Shown here piece after piece: positions 1-8,317 of a stretch of 55,163 nt of DNA. The stretch covers positions 1-55,163 of the forward strand of contig CAMEHL010000001.1 of the NCBI GenBank assembly GCA_945917475.1. Reading direction: 5' to 3'. The position numbers and the translations under genes were made by a program. The notes below the pieces were generated by a model, which saw only the letters and a list, made by a program, of their open reading frames with translations, was not told where the DNA came from and made no database searches. The stretch's first letter is position 1, and the number at the start of each line of letters is the position of its first letter. The stretch is from an uncultured Clostridia bacterium. Its GTDB lineage: Bacteria > Bacillota > Clostridia > Christensenellales > Borkfalkiaceae.

Positions 1-952
1 TTTTAACCGCGCCGAGAATCAGCCCGAAGACTACCGCAAGCCCGAACGGCAACAATCCGAACGGTTCGGCGGTAAAAAGTCCTTCGCGCTTTTTCCGCGT
101 TTCGCACGCGCCCGCTTTAAGCAGAGAGCGTTCTCTGTTCATATCCGCTTTCAAAAATTTAGGCATCAACTGCACGAACAATACCACGCCGACCACGCCG
201 AAAGGATAGGCTATCGCGTGCCCCAGCGTTACCATAGATTTCGTTTCTTCCGCGGCGGCTTCGAGCGCGGCGGAATAACCGGGCGTAGTAGTGAGCGCGC
301 CCGAGAGAACGCCGGCGGAGAATTCTTTGCCGTTATACCCTTCGCCCAACATCAGGGCGAACGCAACCGCGCACAGTCCGCCGATAAGGATAATGGAAAT
401 TCCGAGCAAAACGTAAGATTTAGCGTTCTTTTTCAGGTCTTTGAAAAAACTCGGCCCCGCAATAAACCCGACTGACGACACGAAAAGAACGAGACCTATG
501 TTCTGAATAACTTTTCCGTAATAAGTAAACAGAGTTGAAGTCGTGTCTTTTATAAAGAAATTATTGAGAACGGGCACTTTTTCCAGCCCGCTAAGCGTAC
601 ATAAGCACCCGAACGCGATAGCGACTAAAAACACGCCGGCAGTTCCGAGAGATACTCCCTTGATGTTTATGCTTCCTAAAAGATAACCTAAAACGCATAC
701 AAAGAAAATGCCGAAAAGCAAAGCGACAATCGTGCTGAAACCCGTTACTTTCGTTGCGTCCGCGCCCTTTACTATATTGTAAACGCACCAACCTATAACC
801 GCCGCCGCGAGAACGAGCGCGATCGTTATCCAAAGCGATTTAAGATTGTTCTTCCCGGGTTTGCCCGAGCCGCCCTCCGTTCCGCCGATCGCATTTTGCG
901 GTTCGGCCGGAACGTCTTCCGATACTTCCGTCAAATTTTTTTCTTTTTCCAT
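1..952 (-). CDS. Putative YidE/YbjL-like (AAE family, Asp-Al_Ex type) permease; 3' end lies outside the window
   Basis: Not in the ORF track because the frame runs off the left edge. My reverse-strand translation from ATG 952-950 stays open to position 2: MEKEKNLTEVSEDVPAEPQNAIGG...LGYLLGSINIKGVSLGTAGVFLVAIAFG...LLPFGLAVVFGLILGAVK. It is multi-TM, and the Gly-rich helix motif resembles YidE/YbjL permeases. The track ORFs 218..475(+) and 591..833(-) are shadow frames. Confidence 0.55.
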   Translation of the reverse strand, partial: MEKEKNLTEVSEDVPAEPQNAIGGTEGGSGKPGKNNLKSLWITIALVLAAAVIGWCVYNIVKGADATKVTGFSTIVALLFGIFFVCVLGYLLGSINIKGVSLGTAGVFLVAIAFGCLCTLSGLEKVPVLNNFFIKDTTSTLFTYYGKVIQNIGLVLFVSSVGFIAGPSFFKDLKKNAKSYVLLGISIILIGGLCAVAFALMLGEGYNGKEFSAGVLSGALTTTPGYSAALEAAAEETKSMVTLGHAIAYPFGVVGVVLFVQLMPKFLKADMNRERSLLKAGACETRKKREGLFTAEPFGLLPFGLAVVFGLILGAVK

Positions 953-1033
953 AATTTTGATTCGTCCACTCCGAATTATTTTTTCTATCGCATTAAACGC
1001 GCGCGCAATGAAAGTACGCGCCGCAACTATATT

Positions 1034-1062
1034 ATTATACACTTGCCGAGCGATAAAGTAAA
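1034..1062 (-). promoter_or_regulatory. Sigma70-like promoter for the permease gene
   Basis: On the minus strand: TTTACT (1062-1057), 17-nt spacer, TATAAT (1039-1034), about 80 nt upstream of ATG 952. Confidence 0.4.
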
Positions 1063-1218
1063 GCGAAAAAACGCAATTAACCTTGACATTTACGTTTTTT
1101 TCGCCGCATAAAAATCGGCAGGACGACGGAAAGTTTTTCCGCACGGGCATTTTCCGCGGCGTTTTGCCGTCAACTTTTAATATCTTATCCGAACGCTATA
1201 ACGGGCAATCGCCATAAG

Positions 1219-1932
1219 TCAGCGTCTTTTTTTAAGGTATATAAGATTAGTCGCATAAACCGCCGCGGACAGCAGAACGCATATTCCCGTTCTCGCCCAT
1301 ACGTTCGGCAGGAAAAGCACGAGATTAAAGAAAAATATTTCGGCTTGTCTTAACGCTCGCACGGGCGTAAACACGCTTATTATAACGACTATAAGAATAT
1401 CCGCCACCCAACCGTACGCGTTATTCTGCATAAACGCCAGCGTGTGGACGACCGCCTGAACAAGCAGCAGAAACCCGAACTGAGAAAAATATGCGGCGGC
1501 GAAATTCCCGTCCCACCCGAACGCGTCGATAATTCCGTAAACGTTATATCCGTTCCCGAGCAACGTATCCGCCGTGAACCGTTCGACCGTCGCTATAAAA
1601 CTTATTACGGCGGCGTAAACGGCGTAATTCAGCGCGCACGCGTAGAAAAACGTTTTCTTGTTCACGCCGATATTGATGAATTTTCCGTAATTGACGCAAG
1701 AAATAAGAACGGGCGACAGAACGCATACGAGATAAAGCATACAATACGGGGCGAGCGAAGAATTGCCCGTCTTTCCCGTTACTTTGTCAATCACTATATC
1801 GGCAATCATAGCGATTGCGCATAAACCCGACAACACGTAAGCGACGGGCGTGGCGCGTTTAAAGTTCACGGCGGCGACCGTCCGTATCTGTCTGAATTTG
1901 CTGTTTTTCGTTCTACCGTTATTATCTTTCAT
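1219..1932 (-). CDS. Integral membrane protein, probable ABC-2-type permease partner of the adjacent ATPase
   Basis: 237-aa ORF with about 6 hydrophobic segments. Its start overlaps the stop of the upstream ABC ATPase gene by 11 nt. Family assignment rests on context only. Confidence 0.55.
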   Translation of the reverse strand: MKDNNGRTKNSKFRQIRTVAAVNFKRATPVAYVLSGLCAIAMIADIVIDKVTGKTGNSSLAPYCMLYLVCVLSPVLISCVNYGKFINIGVNKKTFFYACALNYAVYAAVISFIATVERFTADTLLGNGYNVYGIIDAFGWDGNFAAAYFSQFGFLLLVQAVVHTLAFMQNNAYGWVADILIVVIISVFTPVRALRQAEIFFFNLVLFLPNVWARTGICVLLSAAVYATNLIYLKKRR

Positions 1933-2683
1933 AACTCTCTCCCGTATATCCTTTTCCGTAAATAAATTTTCCGTCGTGTCCGCAATCTTTTCCGCCCGTC
2001 AACCGTTCGAACAATTCGCCGAGTGTTTCTCCGTTTTTTTCGGTCGCGCGTTTAACGTCGTCGTACAAGACTGTTTTCCCGCCGTCTATAATAATCAGTT
2101 TATCCGCGTAATCGGCGATTTCGTCTATTAAATGCGTAGACACGATTGCTATCCCGCGCGAATTGCCGTAACGCTCGCGCAACAGACGGTAAAACCGCCT
2201 GCGCGTAATCGGGTCGAAACCGAGTACGGGTTCGTCGAGCAGAACAACGTCTTTATTTGACGACAGCGCGAGCATAGTCGTAACCATGGTTTTCGTTCCG
2301 AACGACAGCGAGTTGTATTTTTTGTTTAAGTCGAGTCCGAAACTCTCGGCGATTTCAAGCGCGAAACTTTCGTCGAAACCGCCGTTAATACCGCGCGAAA
2401 ATTTTATCAGATCGGCAATTTTCATATTGAACTGATTTTTTGCCGTTTCGATATACGCCACGTTTACGGGCGAATCGAGTACGTCGATTTTTTTGCCGTT
2501 TATATACGCGCCGCCCGAACTGACGGGAATTCTCCCCGCGAGAACGCGCATAAAAGTCGTTTTTCCCGCACCGTTTCTTCCGAGCAGACAGTACACGCCT
2601 TTTTCGCGGATACGCAGAGATATTCCGCTTAATGCGGTAACACTCCCGCGGTATTTTTTGGTAACGTTTTCAAATTCTATCAT
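1922..2683 (-). CDS. ABC transporter ATP-binding protein
   Basis: Walker A GRNGAGKTT, signature-like LSFGTKT, Walker B VVLLDEP. Confidence 0.9.
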   Translation of the reverse strand: MIEFENVTKKYRGSVTALSGISLRIREKGVYCLLGRNGAGKTTFMRVLAGRIPVSSGGAYINGKKIDVLDSPVNVAYIETAKNQFNMKIADLIKFSRGINGGFDESFALEIAESFGLDLNKKYNSLSFGTKTMVTTMLALSSNKDVVLLDEPVLGFDPITRRRFYRLLRERYGNSRGIAIVSTHLIDEIADYADKLIIIDGGKTVLYDDVKRATEKNGETLGELFERLTGGKDCGHDGKFIYGKGYTGESYER

Positions 2684-2774
2684 CTTTATTCTCCTTGTTT
2701 ATTCTCCTTGTTTTTCTTATCTTTTTGCCGAACTAAAAAACGCAGTGCCGCGAATACGTTGAAACACGTATCCG

Positions 2775-2972
2775 TCAGCGCTGCGTCTTTGCGTCTCGTC
2801 CGACTTCTTCCATTATTCCGTTTTTAAACGAGATTACGCACTCGTATCTGCATTTGGGGCAAAACAACGGAAAGTTTATAAGAACCGTGCCGTCGTTCAC
2901 CCGAACGCGTGTTTTCCCCTTACACCTGGGGCAGATTATCCATTTTTTATCCGTCGCCATAGCCGTCTCCAA
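2775..2972 (-). CDS. Cysteine-rich KTR zinc-ribbon small protein
   Basis: CPRCKGKTRV...CPKCRYEC: two CxxC pairs plus the KTR motif typical of the Cys-rich KTR family. The start may instead be the internal Met at 2960. Confidence 0.6.
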   Translation of the reverse strand: METAMATDKKWIICPRCKGKTRVRVNDGTVLINFPLFCPKCRYECVISFKNGIMEEVGRDAKTQR

Positions 2973-3564
2973 GCAGTCGGGCGGCTTCTTTTTCGCCGAT
3001 ACCGAGCGACAAAAGATAGCGGTAGCAGGCGTTTTCCACCATAACGTGCGCGCCTTTGCGGTCTAGTTTAAGCCTGTCGTTAATAATCAGCATCGCGAGC
3101 CCGTGCGCGTAAATAACGCCCGTTTCCATAAAAAACCTTACGTCTTTTTCAGATACTTTCATCGTTTCGGCAAGCGAACGCACCATAGACTCGCTCCGTG
3201 CGCGGTCAAATACACCGATAAACTCCCCTTCGTAATTTCTGCCCTTATCGGAAGACACGACGAAACGTATGAGATTAGGCGCGTCGAACGCCATATCGAT
3301 GTACGCCTTGCCTATGTTGACGAAAGCCTTTACGGGGTTTTCGTCAGCGGGCGCGGACAGCCTGCTCGCATACGCGAACGCGGCGTCTGTCAGTTCTCTT
3401 CTCAAATTGTCCATATTTTCAAAATGCCACGCTATCGGTTGGGTGGAACACCCCGCTTCTTTCGCTACCGTTTTTACGTTCACCGATTCGTAGCCGTCGC
3501 GTATAAGAAGTTTAAGCGCACAGTTTATTATCGTCTCTTTCGTTATTTTAGTTTTTCTTCCCAT
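2947..3564 (-). CDS. TetR/AcrR family transcriptional regulator
   Basis: N-terminal HTH KETIINCALKLLIRDGYESVNVKTVAKEAGCSTQPIAWHFENMDNL. I prefer start MGRKTK (3564) over the track start 3639, which adds an Arg/Lys-rich low-complexity extension. Confidence 0.85.
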   Translation of the reverse strand: MGRKTKITKETIINCALKLLIRDGYESVNVKTVAKEAGCSTQPIAWHFENMDNLRRELTDAAFAYASRLSAPADENPVKAFVNIGKAYIDMAFDAPNLIRFVVSSDKGRNYEGEFIGVFDRARSESMVRSLAETMKVSEKDVRFFMETGVIYAHGLAMLIINDRLKLDRKGAHVMVENACYRYLLSLGIGEKEAARLLGDGYGDG

Positions 3565-3724
3565 TTCGCCCTTTCTTTTCTCTCTTTTCTCAAACCTTTT
3601 CCCGTTCCGCCCCTTTTCTCGCGGACCTTTTCTTTGCAAAATAATTTAACTCGGCTTCTTTTCAACGGTTTATTTCCGCCCGGTTTCTCTTGAACGTAAG
3701 CCGACCGCCGCAGCCGAACGTGTG

Positions 3725-3790
3725 CGTAATATGCGCATGCATTATCACCCGCTGTCCGTCGAGCCGTAATATACGCGAGCATTATCTCAC
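3725..3790. repeat. Two 24-26 bp direct repeats, 40-bp period, in the tetR leader; possible operators
   Basis: CGTAATATGCGCATGCATTATCAC (3725-3748) and CGTAATATACGCGAGCATTATCTCAC (3765-3790), matching at about 21 of 24 positions. The first contains the palindromes ATGCGCAT and ATGCAT. Confidence 0.5.
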
Positions 3791-3864
3791 ACCGCAGACG
3801 ATCGTGCGACAAGCGCAATACGCACCGGTATCGCCGAGCCGATGCCTGCAAGCGTAACTTCCAC

Positions 3865-3890
3865 GAAAATTACCGCATCGCCAGATGCGG
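3865..3890 (-). terminator. Promoter-proximal hairpin with a short U-tract; attenuator or short-RNA terminator candidate
   Basis: On the minus strand: CCGCATC-tggc-GATGCGG (3890-3873) followed by TAATTTTC. The U-tract is only 4 nt, so this is weak. Confidence 0.3.
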
Positions 3891-3926
3891 AAAATTGTAT
3901 AAACTTATTTATATAATTTTGTTTAT

Positions 3927-3955
3927 ATTATATACCGACGTGCGGCGTTTGTCAA
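3927..3955 (-). promoter_or_regulatory. Perfect-consensus sigma70 promoter firing leftward, about 355 nt upstream of tetR
   Basis: On the minus strand: TTGACA (3955-3950), 17-nt spacer, TATAAT (3932-3927). Confidence 0.55.
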
Positions 3956-4062
3956 CGGATTGCGGCGCATTTTGGGAAAAATTTTTACGCGGTATTTTGC
4001 CGCTTAAATTAAAACACGATGCGAGACTTCCCCGTGCCGTAAAAGATAATTATATAATCGTT

Positions 4063-4103
4063 AAAAAACCCCGCCCGCGCCGTTCAACGCGGCGCGGGCG
4101 GGG
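4063..4103 (-). terminator. Rho-independent terminator of the DUF2188 gene
   Basis: 13-bp GC stem CCCCGCCCGCGCC / GGCGCGGGCGGGG (4069-4103). The A-run at 4063-4068 gives a U-run on the minus strand, 8 nt after the stop at 4111. Confidence 0.75.
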
Positions 4104-4110
4104 AAAAGAT

Positions 4111-4326
4111 TTAATAATTCTGTTTTCTTATTTTGCCGTCTTTTTTGTGAATCGTGATATTGCCTTCCTGGTTATCCGCGACTTTTTTGGCGTATTCTAT
4201 CGCCTGTGCCTGCGTGTCGAAAAGTTTTAACGCTTTTTCCGCTTTACCCGCTTTAACCTGCCATTTGCCGTCTTCACGCAAAGAAATGTGATAATTTTTT
4301 ACCGTCGGTTTAGTGTTTTCTGCCAT
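4111..4326 (-). CDS. DUF2188 domain-containing small protein
   Basis: 71 aa. ...WQVKAGKAEKALKLFDTQAQAIEYAKKVADNQEGNITIHKKDGKIRKQ matches the DUF2188 pattern as I recall it. Confidence 0.8.
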   Translation of the reverse strand: MAENTKPTVKNYHISLREDGKWQVKAGKAEKALKLFDTQAQAIEYAKKVADNQEGNITIHKKDGKIRKQNY

Positions 4327-4567
4327 AATAGAACCCCTTTTCGTTAGTATTTTACCGCGGATTTATCCGCTTTTATTATATAATAGCACAAAAAAAAGGT
4401 TACATACAAGCAAAAAAAGCGCAAAACCGACAAAAAAACCGCCTAAAACCGCCCAAAATACCCGTAAAACGAAAGTTTTTAGTTGTTTAGGCGACGACTA
4501 TCTGCGGCGCACCCAACTCGCGCGGTTTCTCGCCTACTATATACTATTTTACAAATAATTGTATATA

Positions 4568-4801
4568 TTAAACATCTTTCTCAACCTTTATATTTAATTC
4601 TTCAAACTTTTTTATTAAATATGCAACATCATATTTATAATTAAAATTTAATATTTTTGGTTGTTTAGAATAATGTCCTTTCTTTTCTTTTATAAACTCC
4701 TCAATACCTCCTATCAATCCTCCCATTACCGTTGTAGACGCAACAGGAAAACTACTATTATTATCAATAAGATAAAATGTTACTACCTTTTTATTAACCA
4801 C
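4568..4801 (-). CDS. Hypothetical small protein in the AT-rich islet
   Basis: 77-aa ORF with a GTG start. The frame is open a further ~26 codons upstream without a canonical start. No recognisable motif. Confidence 0.3.
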   Translation of the reverse strand: MVNKKVVTFYLIDNNSSFPVASTTVMGGLIGGIEEFIKEKKGHYSKQPKILNFNYKYDVAYLIKKFEELNIKVEKDV

Positions 4802-4878
4802 AATCCTTTCTATATTGTTATAGGCAATTTTAATCTCTTCTCCTGCATTCGGTTGAATTAAATATGTCTGTCTAATTA

Positions 4879-5154
4879 CTAAAACTCTTTCTCCCTAAAA
4901 TAAGCGTTAAAACTATACTTAGAGTCTATTCTTGAACCTGAGATATAACATTTTAATGGTTCTTTTACATCTTCAATATTAAAATTATTATCTCGAATTG
5001 TTTTTTTAATACCCAAAGTACTCAACACAACTATACCGGATGCGAATATAATATTAACCAACGACCCCATAGTATTCCCAGAAATAATACAAGCAATACT
5101 GCTAATAAGCAACCCTAAACCCAAAAAGTAACCTACTACACCCATAAAAATCAT
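4879..5154 (-). CDS. Hypothetical small membrane protein (2 TM)
   Basis: The N-terminal ~50 aa form two hydrophobic helices (MIFMGVVGYFLGLGLLISSIACIISG..., LVNIIFASGIVVLSTLG). GGAGAA RBS-like sequence upstream. Divergent from the XRE gene. Confidence 0.45.
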   Translation of the reverse strand: MIFMGVVGYFLGLGLLISSIACIISGNTMGSLVNIIFASGIVVLSTLGIKKTIRDNNFNIEDVKEPLKCYISGSRIDSKYSFNAYFREKEF

Positions 5155-5220
5155 ACTTTTCTCCTTTTTTCTTTTATTATTCTCTTTATAGTTTTAATAT
5201 TTTTTCTCACATTCCCACCT

Positions 5221-5244
5221 ATTTGAATATAAATTTGAATATAG
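5221..5244. promoter_or_regulatory. Tandem 12-bp repeat in the divergent promoter region; putative XRE operator
   Basis: ATTTGAATATA occurs at 5221-5231 and 5233-5243. The inverted repeats ATACGAG-n5-CTCGTAT and TACGAA-n5-TTCGTA lie nearby, next to a TATAAT upstream of the XRE start. Confidence 0.35.
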
Positions 5245-5324
5245 AAATTTTATTATACAAATATTATATACGAGTATTTCTCGTATGTCAATAATTTTAC
5301 GAAGGTTTTTCGTATAATAATAGT

Positions 5325-5531
5325 ATGGAATTTAAAATAGGTGCTAAAATTAAAGAAATTAGATTAGAAAACAATCTAAATCAGAGCGAGTTTGGAAAAT
5401 CTCTATCTGTATCACAGGATACTGTATCACTTTGGGAAAAGGGGAAAAGCCTGCCAAACACAGAATTTATTATAGAAATTTGCAAAAAATATTCTGTATC
5501 TGCAAATTATTTATTAGATTTAGAAGACTAA
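5325..5531 (+). CDS. XRE-family helix-turn-helix transcriptional regulator
   Basis: 68 aa. IKEIRLENNLNQSEFGKSLSVSQDTVSLWEKGKSLP is a canonical Cro/C1-type HTH. Confidence 0.85.
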   Translation: MEFKIGAKIKEIRLENNLNQSEFGKSLSVSQDTVSLWEKGKSLPNTEFIIEICKKYSVSANYLLDLED

Positions 5532-5533
5532 AA

Positions 5534-5559
5534 GCATCAACAAAAAGTTGATGCTTTTT
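5534..5559 (+). terminator. Rho-independent terminator of the XRE gene
   Basis: GCATCAAC-aaaaa-GTTGATGC followed by TTTTT, starting 3 nt after the stop. Confidence 0.7.
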
Positions 5560-6216
5560 CGTTTGGCTGCTTTGCCCAAAATAGTTGATTTTATCAGCCG
5601 TTTTAAATTTCAGTTTTTCTTTTTTCTCTCCGTTTTACCGCATTACCGTATTATTCAATTTAAAACATTATACATCTTTTATTTTACTTGCGTTATCTTC
5701 ATTTTTCAAGATAATAGAACAGTTGCATTTATTTTTACTTAATTATTTGTTTCAATTGGTTCACTAATTTGGATTCCAACTTTATTCGGGCAATAATTCC
5801 ACGGTAATTTCAAAAACCATTAAGCCGTATCGGGATTGAGCAATTCCATACGCACAACGTAAGTTTTTTTATTGATATGGATATTATAATTTTCACCGAC
5901 GTTTACGGTAACATCTACCTTTCTTATATCGTTTCCCTTCCTTTTGCAACGGTATCGCACGCAAATGCGGACGGATTTCCGTTCTTTTTGACGGGAGCGA
6001 GAACGATTCTCCCCTTCCCACCCCGCTTTCGTTAAAAAAACGGCACGTTGCCTTCGCAGTTGCGAAAGCAGCGCGCCGTACTCCCGAATTCTCAAAGGAG
6101 GTCTGACGTCCGGTTCCCTGTAATATTCGCTTTCCCGGAATGGAATGCCACCGCGGAAACGATATCGCTTGCCGCAAGACAGCCCGTTTTCCTCCCGAAA
6201 AAGAGTGGACGGTCGG

Positions 6217-8160
6217 TCAGTCCGACCTGACGCCCGAGGCGTAGAATCCGATCACGTATCCCGTGATCGTAACGGAATAATTCGCCTGTCCTGCGTCGAT
6301 TTCGTCCGAAACCCTGGGGATATCGCAGGATCCGCTCTCCACGCCGTTGACGTAAATGGTCAGCGTGACGGTCGACTCGTCTCGGGCGATTACGCTCAGT
6401 CCGAGCAAAATCCCCTGATTGAAGACCGAATTGCCGAGATAGGCGGCGTATGTCCTCGGAGAATATTCCTTCGGCGCGCCGTCTTCAACGATGGCGGCGC
6501 GGAATCCGCCTCCGCGGAAATACACGCCATAACTTCCTATCATAAAGAAGGTCCCTCCGTTTCCGTCGTCTTCGACTTTCGCGATGCGTAGTTCGGCGAC
6601 CGTTCCGCCGTAGCCGACCGTTTTTCCGGTAACGGTCGGATTCGCGGCGGTCAAGACGAGCGTTTCCTCTCCTTCCTCCAGCCCGTAGACGTAGTTTTTG
6701 TCGTCGTACTCGAAACCGAAGGGATAACCGACGCCCTCGACGACGATTTCTCCCGAAACCCTTCCGCCGACGAGTCCGGACGGCATATCTTCTTTCGCCA
6801 CGACGATCTCTTTTCCTTCCGCGCGGAAGACTACCGGAACGCCGTTTATGGTCACTGAGGAGACTTCCGCTTCCCTTCCGAGAAGAATGCGGAATTCCGT
6901 ATCTTTCTGCGCCGCAAATTTCGGCTGCGCCGAGACGGAATTTTTACACGGCTTTCCGAACATAATTGCCTTGATATTGTAAATTTCAGTCTCGGTCACC
7001 CCGATGGAAAGCATATAGTTTTCTGTCTTCCGAGAAAGCGTTTCTCCCGCGTAAGTCTTCAGTTTTTCCAGAAACGGTTTAAAATCGTAAACGGTCCCCT
7101 GTGAGTTTCTCTCTCTGTAAATGGAGAAAGAAGTCAGTTCGTAATCCTGAATCAAAGCCGTTTCATCGACTCCGAGAAGGGCATTGATCAGGAAAGAGAC
7201 GGTTCCCGTTCTGTCGGCTCCGCCCGTGCAGTGCAGATAGACGGGATATCTCGAAGGATCTGAAAGGGCGGAAAAAACCTTTCTGTACCCCTCCGCGTCC
7301 GTAAAGGCGGAAAGATATCCTCCTACGTTGTAATATTCAAGCGTCGCGCCGGGAATGGGGCTTTCGGTCAGACCGAGATTTTCGGTTGCATTGCGCAGAT
7401 CGAAATCCGTTTTGATACCGAGCGCTCCGCTCATATACGCTTTGCCGCTTTCGTTCAGCGCTACCTGACGGTAGGCGGGATCGGTACTGTCGGACAAGGC
7501 TCCGCCGCGGAAAAATAAATTCTGAAGCGTTCTTTCACCGCTTTCCGTCGTATACCCGCCGAGGTCTCTCACATTGTAGATACCCCCGACGTTCATAATG
7601 CGCGGTCCGATATCCGTCGTCTCGAAAACCGTCTCCCCGCTCGCCATAATTTCTTCCCCGCAAAGTGCCGTCACGCGAACATAATACTTCGCGGCTTTCA
7701 GCAGATTATACAGGTTGAGCCTGGTCTTATACGCCTCCGTTCCCACTTCGATCGCGTCCGAAAAATCGTTGTTGATCGAATATTCTACCCTTATCGCGGT
7801 CGCGCCTTTATACTTCCCGTTCCATTCCACGGTCACGGGCATATAGGCGTTGTCGGTCAGACAATAATAGTCCGCAAGAAGGGCGCCTTTGCCTGCCGTC
7901 AGATATCCGGTTACGTTTGAGATATACGAAAACACGACTCCGGTCGGAGACGTCACTTCCAGCACCGGATTCTCCTCTTTTTCCTGTTCGGAAGAACTTT
8001 CGGAAACGTTTTCTTTCTCATCCGTTTCGGACGGTAGCGTGCTTTCGGAGATCTTCCCGGATTCTTCGGACGAATCCGTTTTCTGCCCGCATCCCGCGGA
8101 AAAAGCGGCGATTGCCGCTCCGACGAAAAGACACAGGAGAGCGATCGTAAGTTTTCTCAT
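6217..8160 (-). CDS. Exported lipoprotein with a protein-tyrosine-phosphatase-like (Y_phosphatase3-type) domain flanked by beta-sandwich domains
   Basis: Start refined to MRKLTIALLCLFVGAAIAAFSAGC (lipobox) with a GGAGGAG RBS. Ser/Glu-rich linker. NVRDLGGY...FRGG...DLR entry motifs and the catalytic C(X)5R loop LHCTGGADRTG. The C-terminal ~240 aa are jelly-roll-like. Confidence 0.8.
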   Translation of the reverse strand: MRKLTIALLCLFVGAAIAAFSAGCGQKTDSSEESGKISESTLPSETDEKENVSESSSEQEKEENPVLEVTSPTGVVFSYISNVTGYLTAGKGALLADYYCLTDNAYMPVTVEWNGKYKGATAIRVEYSINNDFSDAIEVGTEAYKTRLNLYNLLKAAKYYVRVTALCGEEIMASGETVFETTDIGPRIMNVGGIYNVRDLGGYTTESGERTLQNLFFRGGALSDSTDPAYRQVALNESGKAYMSGALGIKTDFDLRNATENLGLTESPIPGATLEYYNVGGYLSAFTDAEGYRKVFSALSDPSRYPVYLHCTGGADRTGTVSFLINALLGVDETALIQDYELTSFSIYRERNSQGTVYDFKPFLEKLKTYAGETLSRKTENYMLSIGVTETEIYNIKAIMFGKPCKNSVSAQPKFAAQKDTEFRILLGREAEVSSVTINGVPVVFRAEGKEIVVAKEDMPSGLVGGRVSGEIVVEGVGYPFGFEYDDKNYVYGLEEGEETLVLTAANPTVTGKTVGYGGTVAELRIAKVEDDGNGGTFFMIGSYGVYFRGGGFRAAIVEDGAPKEYSPRTYAAYLGNSVFNQGILLGLSVIARDESTVTLTIYVNGVESGSCDIPRVSDEIDAGQANYSVTITGYVIGFYASGVRSD

Positions 8161-8317
8161 GGTTTCTCCTCCATGGTGTTTTGCATTTTTCCTCCTTCCG
8201 CCCACGGCGCATAGACACGCCGGGGCGGTCATAGGAAGAAGTCGTTTTGCGGTCGGCAGGGTCTTCCGTACCGATCCTGTCTTTTTCTTTGCGGGAAATC
8301 CTTCCGATTTCCCGATT

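Noticed and set aside
3543-3851. 102-aa minus-strand ORF in the tetR leader
   Set aside because: It is highly basic low complexity and overlaps the tetR start out of frame. The region is better explained as non-coding leader.
5820-6095. 91-aa minus-strand ORF downstream of the phosphatase gene, and the overlapping 5893..6177 ORF
   Set aside because: It is Arg-rich and straddles the GC transition and a terminator-like T-run region. It has no RBS or motif. At most it is a fragment.
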